A program made the translations under genes and the position numbers. The notes below the pieces were generated by a model that saw only the letters and a list, made by a program, of their open reading frames with translations, did not search any database and was not told where the DNA came from. Shown in pieces: positions 30,501 through 39,551 of a stretch of DNA of 43,163 bases. This DNA comes from Patescibacteria group bacterium (GTDB taxonomy: Bacteria > Patescibacteriota > Minisyncoccia > Phycocordibacterales > Zambryskibacteraceae), in the NCBI GenBank assembly GCA_038058485.1, contig JBBUBA010000022.1, positions 1 to 43,163 of the forward strand. The letters are read 5' to 3'. How positions within the stretch are numbered: position 1 is the stretch's first letter; each line of letters starts with the position of its first letter.

Positions 30501-32591
30501 ATGAATGAGAAATTTCTTACGCCCTATAATCCACTTGACACCGAGTCAAGAATATATTCCATTTGGGAAAAGAGTGGGTACTTCAATCCAGATAATCTAC
30601 CAAACTCCCCTACTCACCCATTTACCATCATCATGCCTCCCACAAATGCCAACGGCTCGCTTCATGCGGGACACGCCTTGGTGATGACAATTGAGGACAT
30701 AATGACCCGCTTCCAAAGAATGCGGGGAAAGAAAGCCCTTTGGCTTCCTGGTCTTGACCATGCTGGATTTGAAACCCAGGTTGTGTTTGAAAAGAAATTA
30801 GAAAAGGAAGGCCGTTCCCGTTTCGATATGAAGAGAGAAGATTTGTACAAAGAGATACTCGACTTCACACTAGAGAATTCAAAAAACATCAAATCTCAAG
30901 TTAAAAGCATGGGGGCTTCATGTGACTGGTCGAGAGAGAAGTTTACGCTCGACAAGGATATCGTGAAGGCTGTTTACAATACTTTTGAAAGACTTTCTAA
31001 GGATAACTTGTTGTATCGGGGAGCCAGAATCATCAGCTGGTGTCCAAAACACAGAACATCATTTTCTGACTTGGAGATCGCAGACGTTGAAAAAATCGAC
31101 GCACTTTACTATCTCAAATATGGGCCATTCATCATCACCACAGCAAGACCGGAAACTAAATTTGGTGACAAATATGTGGTTATGCATCCAAAAGATGCCA
31201 GGTACAAAAACTACGAGCACGGACAGAAGCTTAAACTCGAGTGGATAAACGGGCCAATAACGGCAACTGTCATCAAGGATGAGGCTATTGATATGGAATT
31301 TGGGACAGGAGTGATGACTATTACTCCTTGGCACGATCAAACAGATTTTGATATTGCAGAAAGACACAAGATCGATAAGGAGCAAATCATTGATGATGCA
31401 GGAAAATTACTCCCTATAGCTGGAGAATTTACTGGAATGAAAATAGTTGAAGTTCGACCAAAAATAATCGAAAAACTTAAAGCAAAGGGCTTAGTAGATA
31501 AAATTGATGAATCTTATAAACATGTGGTAAAAACTTGCTATAAATGCGGGACTGTCATAGAACCTCAAATAAAAAGCCAGTGGTTTATAAGAATGAAGCC
31601 ACTAGCAGAAAAAGCTCTGCAAAAAATTGAGTCCGAAGAGATAAAATATATTCCCGAGCACTATAAAAAAATCACTACTCATTGGCTAGAGAACATTATT
31701 GATTGGAATATTTCTCGCCAAATTGTCTGGGGCATACCCATACCGGCCAAAATTTGTCAGGACTGCGGAGAAGGCATTGTTGATCTTGAAGACAAGGTCA
31801 CAAAATGCCCTAAGTGTACTGGGAACGTTCGAAGAGATGAGGACACTTTCGATACATGGTTCTCATCTGGACAGTGGCCATACGCGACACTAGAATCTTT
31901 GGGCAAAAAAGACTTGAAAACTTTTTACCCTACCGACGTGATGGAAACAGCTGGAGAAATTATTTTCTTCTGGGTCTCCAGAATGATCATGCTGGGACTC
32001 TATATCACCGGTGAGCTTCCTTTCAAAACTGTGTATCTGCATGGCCTTGTGCTTGATGCCAAAGGACAGAAAATGAGTAAATCTAAGGGTAACGTTATAA
32101 ACCCTCTAGATATCACAGCTAAATTTGGCACAGATGCCTTAAGAATGGGCTTAGTGATAGGTAACACCCCCGGGACATCTTTGGCTTTAGCGGAAGATAA
32201 AATTAAGGGTTACAAAAATTTTGCAAACAAGATTTGGAACATAACTCGCTATGTATTCTCAAGGGAAAATACCGGTGAATTAAAGAAAGGTCTAGTTGAA
32301 GAATTCAATACTTTAGCCAAGGACATTACTACAGACATGGAAAGCTTTCGATTTTATATTGCCGCTGAGAAAATTTACGCCTATATATGGCACAGGTTTG
32401 CAGATGAGATAATAGAGGAAAGTAAAAATAATGGAGAATACAATGCTACTCTTTATTACATCCTTGAGAACTGCCTGAAACTCTTGCATCCCTTCATGCC
32501 ATTTATCACCGAAGAAATCTGGCAAGAAATAAAAAAGGGTGAGAGTATTTTGATGGTTGAGCCTTGGCCTAGCGCACAAGAACACAAATAG
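30501..32591 (+). CDS. valS: valine--tRNA ligase (short form, 696 aa)
   Basis: HIGH-type SLHAGHAL, PGLDHAGFETQ, WCPKHRTSFSDLEI, KMSKSKGN. Confidence 0.9.
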   Translation: MNEKFLTPYNPLDTESRIYSIWEKSGYFNPDNLPNSPTHPFTIIMPPTNANGSLHAGHALVMTIEDIMTRFQRMRGKKALWLPGLDHAGFETQVVFEKKLEKEGRSRFDMKREDLYKEILDFTLENSKNIKSQVKSMGASCDWSREKFTLDKDIVKAVYNTFERLSKDNLLYRGARIISWCPKHRTSFSDLEIADVEKIDALYYLKYGPFIITTARPETKFGDKYVVMHPKDARYKNYEHGQKLKLEWINGPITATVIKDEAIDMEFGTGVMTITPWHDQTDFDIAERHKIDKEQIIDDAGKLLPIAGEFTGMKIVEVRPKIIEKLKAKGLVDKIDESYKHVVKTCYKCGTVIEPQIKSQWFIRMKPLAEKALQKIESEEIKYIPEHYKKITTHWLENIIDWNISRQIVWGIPIPAKICQDCGEGIVDLEDKVTKCPKCTGNVRRDEDTFDTWFSSGQWPYATLESLGKKDLKTFYPTDVMETAGEIIFFWVSRMIMLGLYITGELPFKTVYLHGLVLDAKGQKMSKSKGNVINPLDITAKFGTDALRMGLVIGNTPGTSLALAEDKIKGYKNFANKIWNITRYVFSRENTGELKKGLVEEFNTLAKDITTDMESFRFYIAAEKIYAYIWHRFADEIIEESKNNGEYNATLYYILENCLKLLHPFMPFITEEIWQEIKKGESILMVEPWPSAQEHK

Positions 32592-32599
32592 AAAGACCG

Positions 32600-33286
32600 A
32601 TGACTGATTCACAAACAATACTTTATGCGTTTCTCGGAGGAATCTTGCCTGCATTACTTTGGCTCGCGTTTTGGCTTCGAGAAGACACGAAGAGACCAGA
32701 ACCCAAAGGAAGAATTGCAGAAACGTTTCTAGCGGGAATGTTTGCTGTCCTTCTTGTTTTGCCTTTTCAAAAAATGGTTGCGGGTGTTTTTCCTGGACTT
32801 GGCTTCGTTCCATTTTTACTCTGGGCCTTTATTGAAGAAATTTTTAAATTTGGAGCAGCTTATGCTATAGCTCTACGTTCACAAGATGACGATGAGCCGG
32901 TGGATTCTATCATCTACATGATTACCGCGGCCCTTGGCTTTGTCGCTCTTGAGAATACTCTATTTATTTGGAACCCCTTATTTGAAAACAATGTATCGGT
33001 AGCTTTGCTCACTGGGGGTACGAGGTTCTTGGGTGCAAGCCTACTACATCTCCTAACTTCTGGCGCAATTGGCATAGCTCTGGCCTTTTCGTTTTATAAA
33101 TCAAAAAGTATAAAGATTGTCTACGGAGTAATTGGTCTTGTGGTGGCTATCGCCATACATGTTGCCTTCAACCTGCTTATCCTAAGTAAATTTGGTACTA
33201 GTAGCTTCTCTGTCTTTGCAGTGGTTTGGATCGGAATAGCGTGTTTGCTTCTCTTCTTTGAAAAGGTTAAAACGATTGCGTCATAA
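32600..33286 (+). CDS. prsW: PrsW-family intramembrane protease
   Basis: Multi-TM protein with the FIEEIFKFGAAY (EE..K) motif and a later LLHLLTSGAIG. Confidence 0.75.
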   Translation: MTDSQTILYAFLGGILPALLWLAFWLREDTKRPEPKGRIAETFLAGMFAVLLVLPFQKMVAGVFPGLGFVPFLLWAFIEEIFKFGAAYAIALRSQDDDEPVDSIIYMITAALGFVALENTLFIWNPLFENNVSVALLTGGTRFLGASLLHLLTSGAIGIALAFSFYKSKSIKIVYGVIGLVVAIAIHVAFNLLILSKFGTSSFSVFAVVWIGIACLLLFFEKVKTIAS

Positions 33287-33309
33287 AGATAACCATATAT
33301 AATAATTGT

Positions 33310-33765
33310 ATGAGCAAAAGATCCTTTTTTGAACGTCTGACTGGAGCTGTGAAGTTGGATGAAGATACTGTCTCGCCGGAATCAAGTTCGCTTACTCCTT
33401 CTTCACGCCCAAACATTTTTGAAGCAGAAGAGGAAGAGGGGCAGTTAACTGTGGATGTGTATGAAACCCCAACTGAGATAGTGCTCAAGACTATGGTGGC
33501 TGGTGTTAAACCCGAAGACTTAGATGTGGCTATTAGTCGAGAATCGGTTGCTATCCGTGGAAAACGGGAGGAAGACAGAACCATAGCTAAGGAGGACTAC
33601 TTCCACCGAGAGCTCTACTGGGGCTCCTTCTCTCGCACAGTGGTCCTACCCGCCGAGATAGATGTGGACGAAGCAGAAGCTATAGAAAAATTTGGTCTCT
33701 TGATTCTCCGCCTTCCTAAACTCGACAAAAACAGACAAACCAAGCTCAAAGTAAAAGGCTCGTAA
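33310..33765 (+). CDS. Hsp20/alpha-crystallin small heat-shock protein
   Basis: ..VDVYETPTEIVLKTMVAGVKPEDLDVAI....V.IRG.R.......F.R...LP..ID...A....GLL.L.LPK. Confidence 0.85.
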   Translation: MSKRSFFERLTGAVKLDEDTVSPESSSLTPSSRPNIFEAEEEEGQLTVDVYETPTEIVLKTMVAGVKPEDLDVAISRESVAIRGKREEDRTIAKEDYFHRELYWGSFSRTVVLPAEIDVDEAEAIEKFGLLILRLPKLDKNRQTKLKVKGS

Positions 33766-33804
33766 TCCGTTGTAATTTAACAATTTTCTGCTAGAATCTT
33801 CCCA

Positions 33805-34041
33805 ATGAATCCCGAGGAAAGGCACCTTTTAGAACGCGCTGTAAAGCTCTCTCTAGAAAATAATGAGATCTTGCATAAAATGCGGAGAGCAGCACGTCTT
33901 GCCATTTTTTGGGGAATCATAAAAATAGCCATCTTTGTAGTGCCATTCGTTCTTGGATACATTTATCTTGAACCGTATTTTGGTTCATTCGGTAATACAT
34001 TCAAACAAGCACAAGAAGCTCTGAAAGTTCTCAATCAATAA
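33805..34041 (+). CDS. small membrane protein, 78 aa
   Basis: One or two hydrophobic helices (LAIFWGIIKIAIFVVPFVLGYIYL). No family recognised. Confidence 0.5.
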   Translation: MNPEERHLLERAVKLSLENNEILHKMRRAARLAIFWGIIKIAIFVVPFVLGYIYLEPYFGSFGNTFKQAQEALKVLNQ

Positions 34042-34058
34042 TGTCAGGATAGATAAAT

Positions 34059-34131
34059 GTCAGGATAGCTCAGTTGGTAGAGCATTCCCCTGAAGAGGGA
34101 AGGGTCGGCGGTTCGAACCCGCCTCCTGACA
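34059..34131 (+). tRNA. tRNA-Phe(GAA)
   Basis: GTCAGGA-TA-GCTC..GAGC-A-TTCCC-CTGAAGA-GGGAA..GGCGG-TTCGAAC-CCGCC-TCCTGAC-A. Confidence 0.92.
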
Positions 34132-34215
34132 CAAGGTGTGGATAAACTGGGGAAAAGATGTGGAAAGCCGTGTACAAACTAATTTTGTGCTCTCAGCCCG
34201 AACCTCACTAAATAC

Positions 34216-34290
34216 TGGTGCCACCGACAGGAATTGAACCTGTATCTAGACGTTAGGAGTGTCTTGTTCTATCCGTTGAACTACGGCAGC
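34216..34290 (-). tRNA. tRNA-Arg(CCT), CCA encoded
   Basis: Reverse complement GCTGCCG..AGACA-CTCCTAA-CGTCT..CAGG-TTCAATT-CCTG..CGGTGGC-A-CCA. One mismatch at the base of the anticodon stem. Confidence 0.8.
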
Positions 34291-34311
34291 AGAAATTATG
34301 TGAATATAACA

Positions 34312-34554
34312 CTATCCTGCAATCTCGAGAAGGTTAGCTATCTTCCTCTGATCAAAGCCGATAACCAAATCCTTGTCATCTATTACTATCACTGGGACAC
34401 CGAGTTGACCAGACCTTTCCATCATCTCGGCACGCTTAGCGGTATCGGAAGCAACATTGTAGTCATTAAAAGCTACGTTGTTGGTAGCAAAAAAATCTTT
34501 AGCCATGTGGCAAAAGTGACAGGTGGGGGTTGAATATATTTCTACTTTTTTCAT
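34312..34554 (-). CDS. glutaredoxin-like protein (NrdH/YruB type)
   Basis: MKKVEIYSTPTCHFCHMAKDFF.. CxxC active site, then GVPVIVIDDK. Confidence 0.8.
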   Translation of the reverse strand: MKKVEIYSTPTCHFCHMAKDFFATNNVAFNDYNVASDTAKRAEMMERSGQLGVPVIVIDDKDLVIGFDQRKIANLLEIAG

Positions 34555-34565
34555 AATTGGCTTTG

Positions 34566-34946
34566 TTATCGGGAGATTATAGCATTCCAAAATCGCTTCC
34601 ACCAAGGCAAATCTTCTGTTGTAGTTGTTGACTCAAGCTGTGGGCGGTCGACTATCACAGCGACCCGCTCGCCTTCACGAGCTACATTAAATTTTGATTT
34701 TATCTCTTCTTCAACCCCAGATTCGGTACCGAGCTTACTCGTTTCCCTAAGCAGAATTTGTTCCCGTTCGGCCAGTGCTGAAGCCCTAAGAGCCAAAGCT
34801 TCGGCCTCGTGAGATGTCTCCCTTTCCTTGAGTACCAAAAAGTAGGTACCCCTAGCTAGTGCCCCAGTAATAATAAGGAGAAGAACCAAGGCCGGTAGAG
34901 AGTAGAGCCTCTTTTTTAATCTTTGTCTATGCTCAAGTTCACGCAT
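34566..34946 (-). CDS. FtsB/DivIC-like septum formation initiator
   Basis: Single TM followed by a coiled coil, then ..EEEIKSKFNVAREGERVAVIV.. typical of the family C-terminus. Confidence 0.55.
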   Translation of the reverse strand: MRELEHRQRLKKRLYSLPALVLLLIITGALARGTYFLVLKERETSHEAEALALRASALAEREQILLRETSKLGTESGVEEEIKSKFNVAREGERVAVIVDRPQLESTTTTEDLPWWKRFWNAIISR

Positions 34947-35022
34947 CCCGTTAGAAGCTAGCGCTTATTACTTTCTTATAATGATTTAATTTCACGGCTT
35001 GTACAAGTGAGCTTCTAATGGG
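34947..35022. repeat. 76-nt inverted-repeat element Y (inverted copy of X)
   Basis: CCCGTTAGAAGCT ... AGCTTCTAATGGG. Abuts the ATG of the FtsB-like gene (minus strand). Confidence 0.85.
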
Positions 35023-35046
35023 ACGCATTTGTTTTTCTATGCTAAC

Positions 35047-35163
35047 ATGACTTTTATGCTATTCGAAAAACGCCACAAACAAAAAATAAAGACTGTCTGG
35101 ATTATCCTTTGTGTCCTCATCATCATCTCGATGGTGCTTCTCTACACCCCATTCTGGCAGTAG
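35047..35163 (+). CDS. 38-aa single-TM mini-ORF MTFMLFEKRHKQKIKTVWIILCVLIIISMVLLYTPFWQ
   Basis: ATG and stop are seen. Its last 83 nt are repeated at 35877-35959, but that copy has no start codon. Confidence 0.35.
   Translation: MTFMLFEKRHKQKIKTVWIILCVLIIISMVLLYTPFWQ
35081..35163. repeat. 83-nt direct repeat, copy 1
   Basis: 77 of 83 positions identical to 35877-35959 by hand alignment. Confidence 0.9.
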
Positions 35164-35876
35164 CTTACTAATCTTTGTCCAACACCGAGTGTTGACCAAT
35201 TTCTTCTATAACTTCCTTTGCAGTACTGCTTGAAACAAATCTTCCATACTGATCTTTACTTTTAAATTGCTCGAGAATAATCTCTGGCTTCAGCAAACTT
35301 CCCCATCTATTTTTATTCATGTAGTCCTCAAAGCTCGACCAAGAATAATCGCTCCACTTTTCAGGGTTTTTGTGAACATAAGCTGATAAATATAGAAGTT
35401 GCTTATCATCCACAATGTGGACAGCTTGATATGGCCCTTGAAAAACGTGCCCTGATTTTTGATATTTTGTATTGTAATATTTTGTATAACTATTCAGAAC
35501 TCTTTGCATGTATCTGGCAATTCCCTTGTCATCAATTTCTTTAACAACTAGATGGAAGTGATTCGGCATCAAACAATAGGCCGTTAGTTCAACGAATCGC
35601 TTTTTGATAATTTTTACTAAATCTTCAGCATCTATGGCAGACACTCGGTGTTGACCAAAAGCTTTCGCCATTCGCCCAACATGCAAAAAGTTTATAGGCG
35701 ACTGAAAAGCAATTATCAGAAATAGAAATCTATAAAAATCGCTTCGATCATGAAAAATATTTTGTTTATTAACTCCTCTGTTATAAAGATGGTATATCTC
35801 GCCTGGAGCAATTCTTATTTGTCTCATTGCTTTATTATAAGGTCAACACTCGGTGTTGACCAGTTGGGGTTATTGT
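35164..35876 (-). mobile_element. IS200/IS605-like (RAYT-type) element between 83-nt direct repeats
   Basis: A single HUH/Y1 transposase gene. Related hairpins (GGTCAACAC-TCG-GTGTTGACC and variants) lie at 35841-35861, 35640-35653 and 35180-35194. Confidence 0.65.
35168..35827 (-). CDS. Y1 (HUH) transposase, IS200-like / REP-associated tyrosine transposase family
   Basis: ..YHLYNRG..AYCLMPNHFHLVVKE..GHVFQGPYQAVHI..LLYLSAYVHKNP. The HUH motif is HFH. Confidence 0.8.
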   Translation of the reverse strand: MRQIRIAPGEIYHLYNRGVNKQNIFHDRSDFYRFLFLIIAFQSPINFLHVGRMAKAFGQHRVSAIDAEDLVKIIKKRFVELTAYCLMPNHFHLVVKEIDDKGIARYMQRVLNSYTKYYNTKYQKSGHVFQGPYQAVHIVDDKQLLYLSAYVHKNPEKWSDYSWSSFEDYMNKNRWGSLLKPEIILEQFKSKDQYGRFVSSSTAKEVIEEIGQHSVLDKD

Positions 35877-35959
35877 AAAAAATAAAGACTGCGTGGATTG
35901 TCCTTTGTGTCCTCATCATCATCTCGATGGTGCTCCTCTACACCCCCTTCTGGAAGTAG
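35877..35959. repeat. 83-nt direct repeat, copy 2
   Basis: See copy 1. Ends 1 nt before the lepA stop codon. Confidence 0.9.
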
Positions 35960-37753
35960 TTATTTATCGGACCGAATCATCTTTAAAAATACGTCTTGGG
36001 GGATGTTGACTGTCCCGCATGCTTTCATCTTTTTCTTGCCTTTTTTCTGCTTTTCACGAAGCTTCATTTTGCGAGTGATGTCTCCCCCATACATATGTTG
36101 AGTCACATCCTTCTTCATCCCTGAAAGACTCCTGGAAGAGATAATTCTACCAAGGGCTTTACCTTGAATCTTTAAGCTAAACATTTGGCGAGGCAGAATT
36201 TTAGAGAGTTTTTCCACAGCTGATTCTGCCTCACCTTCCACTTGTCTTCTTGAAACCACTTTAGCAAAGGCAGCGACCGGTTCGTCTGCTACTAGAATAT
36301 CGAGTCTTGTTACATCCGCATCTCTCTCCCCCACGATGTCGTAGGAAATAGATGCAAAGCCAGAAGTGACACTTTTCAACTTATCAAAGAAACCTCGCAT
36401 TAGCTCTCGAAGTGGCATCTGAAGCGAGAGAGATGTTCTGTCGGCAAGGCTCTGTGTGTCCCCCACTTCCGCCTCATGCTCATATAAAAGTTTTAATATC
36501 TCACTCAAAAATGAAGGTGGAGTTATTATTTTTGCCTCTACCCACGGTTCGCGAACGCTCTCTACCAAATGCTCTTCTGGGAAAAAAGATGGAGTGTATA
36601 TAGTTTCAATTTTTCCGCTTCTCAAGGTTACGTTGTATGTGATGCTCGGCAAAGTGATGATAAGAGGTAAATCAAATTCGCGTCTTAATCTTTCAGAAAT
36701 AATTTCAAGATGGAGCATTCCTAAAAATCCACATCTAAAACCTCTGCCGAGTACTCCCGAAGACTCTTCTTCAAACGAAAAGGATGAGTCAGAAAGCTTC
36801 AAACGTAAAAGGGCTTGGCGAAGTTGAGTAAAGTCATCCTGACTCTCTGGATAAATAGAAGCCCAAACTACAGGACGAGCCTTTTGATACCCAGGCAGAG
36901 GTTCGTGAGTATCAGAGATAGCTGAAACAGTATCACCAACGGAAACAATTCCCGGTTCTTTGATGCCCGTTACGATGTAACCAGTCTCTCCTGCATTCAA
37001 ACTTTCAGCCGGAGTCTCCACGGGGGCAAAGTAGCCAACTTCAAGTGCTTGGAACTTTTTATTTGCTACTTTAAAAATAAGCTGGTCACCCTTTTTGACA
37101 CTTCCAGCCACAGCTCTGACGAAGACTATCACTCCTCTATGTTCAGAATATTTGAAATCAAAAACCAAAGATCTAAAGAGAGCCCCGTCAGTCGCGAATT
37201 TCCCTCCTTGACCGTGAGCGGGTGACGGGACTTTCTTGATAATCTCTTCCAGTAACTCTTTAACTCCTTCACCAGTTTTTCCTGATACCATCATGATATC
37301 TTCTTCGTGCACATTAAGTAGGGCTACAATTTCTTTTTTAACCACTGCAATCTGAGCTAGTGGAGAGTCTATTTTAGATATGACAGGGATAATGGTGAGT
37401 CCTGCATCCTTGGCCATGCCTAGAGTTGTGAGAGTCTGAGCCTGTACGCCTTGGGTGGCATCCACCAAAAGAATTGACCCTTCTACGGCTTTAAGAGCTC
37501 TAGAAACTTCGTAAGAAAAATCTATGTGCCCTGGAGTATCAATTAAATTTAAGGTGTAATCTCCATATTTCATCCTGACGGGTTGCATCTTGATAGTAAT
37601 GCCCCTCTCTCGTTCAAGTTCCATTGAGTCGAGAACTTGTTCTTTCATTTTTCTTTTCTCTATCGTCCCAGTTAACTCAAGCATCCTATCTGCCAGTGTA
37701 GACTTACCATGATCAATATGCGCAATGATAGAGAAGTTTCTTATTTTATCCAT
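35960..37753 (-). CDS. lepA: translation elongation factor 4 (LepA)
   Basis: IRNFSIIAHIDHGKSTLADR, DTPGHIDF and the LepA C-terminal domain. 597 aa. Confidence 0.95.
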   Translation of the reverse strand: MDKIRNFSIIAHIDHGKSTLADRMLELTGTIEKRKMKEQVLDSMELERERGITIKMQPVRMKYGDYTLNLIDTPGHIDFSYEVSRALKAVEGSILLVDATQGVQAQTLTTLGMAKDAGLTIIPVISKIDSPLAQIAVVKKEIVALLNVHEEDIMMVSGKTGEGVKELLEEIIKKVPSPAHGQGGKFATDGALFRSLVFDFKYSEHRGVIVFVRAVAGSVKKGDQLIFKVANKKFQALEVGYFAPVETPAESLNAGETGYIVTGIKEPGIVSVGDTVSAISDTHEPLPGYQKARPVVWASIYPESQDDFTQLRQALLRLKLSDSSFSFEEESSGVLGRGFRCGFLGMLHLEIISERLRREFDLPLIITLPSITYNVTLRSGKIETIYTPSFFPEEHLVESVREPWVEAKIITPPSFLSEILKLLYEHEAEVGDTQSLADRTSLSLQMPLRELMRGFFDKLKSVTSGFASISYDIVGERDADVTRLDILVADEPVAAFAKVVSRRQVEGEAESAVEKLSKILPRQMFSLKIQGKALGRIISSRSLSGMKKDVTQHMYGGDITRKMKLREKQKKGKKKMKACGTVNIPQDVFLKMIRSDK

Positions 37754-37830
37754 CCCGTTAGAAGCTCATGCTTATTAATTGCCTAGTAATATAGTTTGTT
37801 TTTTTCATGTCAGAGGTTGCTTCTAACGGG
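37754..37830. repeat. 77-nt inverted-repeat element Z (same arms as X and Y, different core)
   Basis: CCCGTTAGAAGC ... GCTTCTAACGGG. Abuts the lepA ATG. Shares TAATAAGCAnnAGCTTCTAACGGG-ATG with X and Y. Confidence 0.8.
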
Positions 37831-37849
37831 ATCCATGAGACCTTGAACG

Positions 37850-39526
37850 CTACACGATTTCTGGGTTCTCGGCAATAGCTTTAACTCCACTGAATTTCTG
37901 ATGTATGGCTTCCCAGAACTCCTTTAGTTCTCTCGACTTCAAAAGCCACAATACCAGTATGCCCGTGAGAATCCCCAAGATACCTGCCAAGAAACCTTGT
38001 AGAAAAATTCCCCAAAGTTTTTCAAGATTAAAGACTCTAGCAAAAATATTGAGACCTACATAAGAACCAAGCCCGACAAAAACTGAAGCGGCAGATGATA
38101 CAAGTAACGTGTGATATGTATCACTCGAAAATTTACCAAAATCTTTTTCAAATTCTCTCCAATGAATAACGGCGTTAACAATAGTTCCTAGAGAGTAACC
38201 GAGAGGAAGCATTAAGACAACAGTCCCTGGTAAATTATCAACTTTGAGAAGCGCTCCTATAAAGTAAGCGAAGGTGGGCCACGCGTAATAAAGCTTGACG
38301 GCTCCATAAGTCAGGAGCATGAGAAGTCCGGCTGACAGAGTATTTATAATTAGCGGTTTTTTAGTATGTCCTGCTGAATAAAAAGCTCTAACAAATAACA
38401 AGATTAAACTTTGGGCCAAAACAGAGACAGAAAAAAGGGCGAGCGCTGCAGCGGTGAGACGAGTATCATTCCAATCAAAACGCCCCGTACCCAACAGCAC
38501 TCTAACAATCTGCGCTCTAACTACGATAAAGAGAGCCATGACAGGCAAAGACCAGAAGATGATGTGTCTAACAGTTAGAGACATCTGCTCGACGAAAGCC
38601 CCAATATTATTGCTCGAAAAGTGTCTTGAGAGAGTTGGGAAAGCAGCGAGAGAGTAAGAAACCCCGATAACCACTAGAGGTACCGAGGAAATGTTGAAGG
38701 CAAAAGAATATATTGAAATTGATCCAGCAGTCATAAGAGAAGCTAGCGAAACCAAAAAGAGAGTAGCGACATGGTTCATAGAAAGAGTGAGTGTGCGAGG
38801 AAAAGACAAACTAACGACGCGCCTTATAGATGAGAAATCAAAGAGTGGCTTAAATCGAGGAAAAAGTCCAAGCCTAAAAACGTACGGCAACTGTATAGCC
38901 ATGTGGAGAAGGGACCCAAGAACTACACCTATTGCTACTCCAATTATGCCCAGGCGACTAGAGAGACCAACGATTCCCAAAATAATTCCGGCGTTATACA
39001 AGACTGGAGCAAAGGCATAAATTAAGAAACGATTGTAGGCCTGGGTCATAGAACCAAGAAGATTCGACACACCAAGAAAAATTGGCGAGAGAAGAAAAAT
39101 CCTAGAAAGCAGAATGACTTGTTCAAGAGCTTCCCCAGAAAAACCCTTGAAAAGAATTGGAGATAATTTTGGAATCAGAAAAAAAGCGAGGACAGAAACA
39201 AAAAATATAAGATAGGCGAAGAAGGAGAAGATGTCATCAAGAAATTTTTTGACTTCTTCTTTACCTCCACTTTCTTTTTCAATTATAAAGGGAACAAGAA
39301 CAGAGAGTGAAACGATTGAGGCAACAGCAACAAAGAGAAAGTCGGGGATGCGAAAGGCTGCGTAGTAGATGTCTAAGTTTGTTCCTGCTCCAAAGAAGTG
39401 TGCCAGTAATCTATCACGCAGAAAAGCCAGTATCTGGGAAAGAATGGAAAAGAAAGCCAGAAGAAACGCAGCTTGATGAAGTCTATTAGTCTCCTTGTAG
39501 AAGAAATTGAAAATCGTCCGAACCAT
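37850..39526 (-). CDS. murJ: lipid II flippase MurJ (MviN family)
   Basis: About 14 TM helices. N-terminus ..LSQILAFLRDRLLAHFFGAGTNLDIYYAAFRIPDFLF. Confidence 0.88.
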   Translation of the reverse strand: MVRTIFNFFYKETNRLHQAAFLLAFFSILSQILAFLRDRLLAHFFGAGTNLDIYYAAFRIPDFLFVAVASIVSLSVLVPFIIEKESGGKEEVKKFLDDIFSFFAYLIFFVSVLAFFLIPKLSPILFKGFSGEALEQVILLSRIFLLSPIFLGVSNLLGSMTQAYNRFLIYAFAPVLYNAGIILGIVGLSSRLGIIGVAIGVVLGSLLHMAIQLPYVFRLGLFPRFKPLFDFSSIRRVVSLSFPRTLTLSMNHVATLFLVSLASLMTAGSISIYSFAFNISSVPLVVIGVSYSLAAFPTLSRHFSSNNIGAFVEQMSLTVRHIIFWSLPVMALFIVVRAQIVRVLLGTGRFDWNDTRLTAAALALFSVSVLAQSLILLFVRAFYSAGHTKKPLIINTLSAGLLMLLTYGAVKLYYAWPTFAYFIGALLKVDNLPGTVVLMLPLGYSLGTIVNAVIHWREFEKDFGKFSSDTYHTLLVSSAASVFVGLGSYVGLNIFARVFNLEKLWGIFLQGFLAGILGILTGILVLWLLKSRELKEFWEAIHQKFSGVKAIAENPEIV

Positions 39527-39551
39527 TGCTATTTAACTGTACTCTTCTTGT

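Noticed and set aside
34234-34533. 99-aa plus-strand ORF
   Set aside because: It overlaps tRNA-Arg and runs antisense to the clear glutaredoxin frame.
35898-36101. 67-aa plus-strand ORF
   Set aside because: It spans the 83-nt repeat copy in a different frame from the mini-ORF and runs antisense into lepA.
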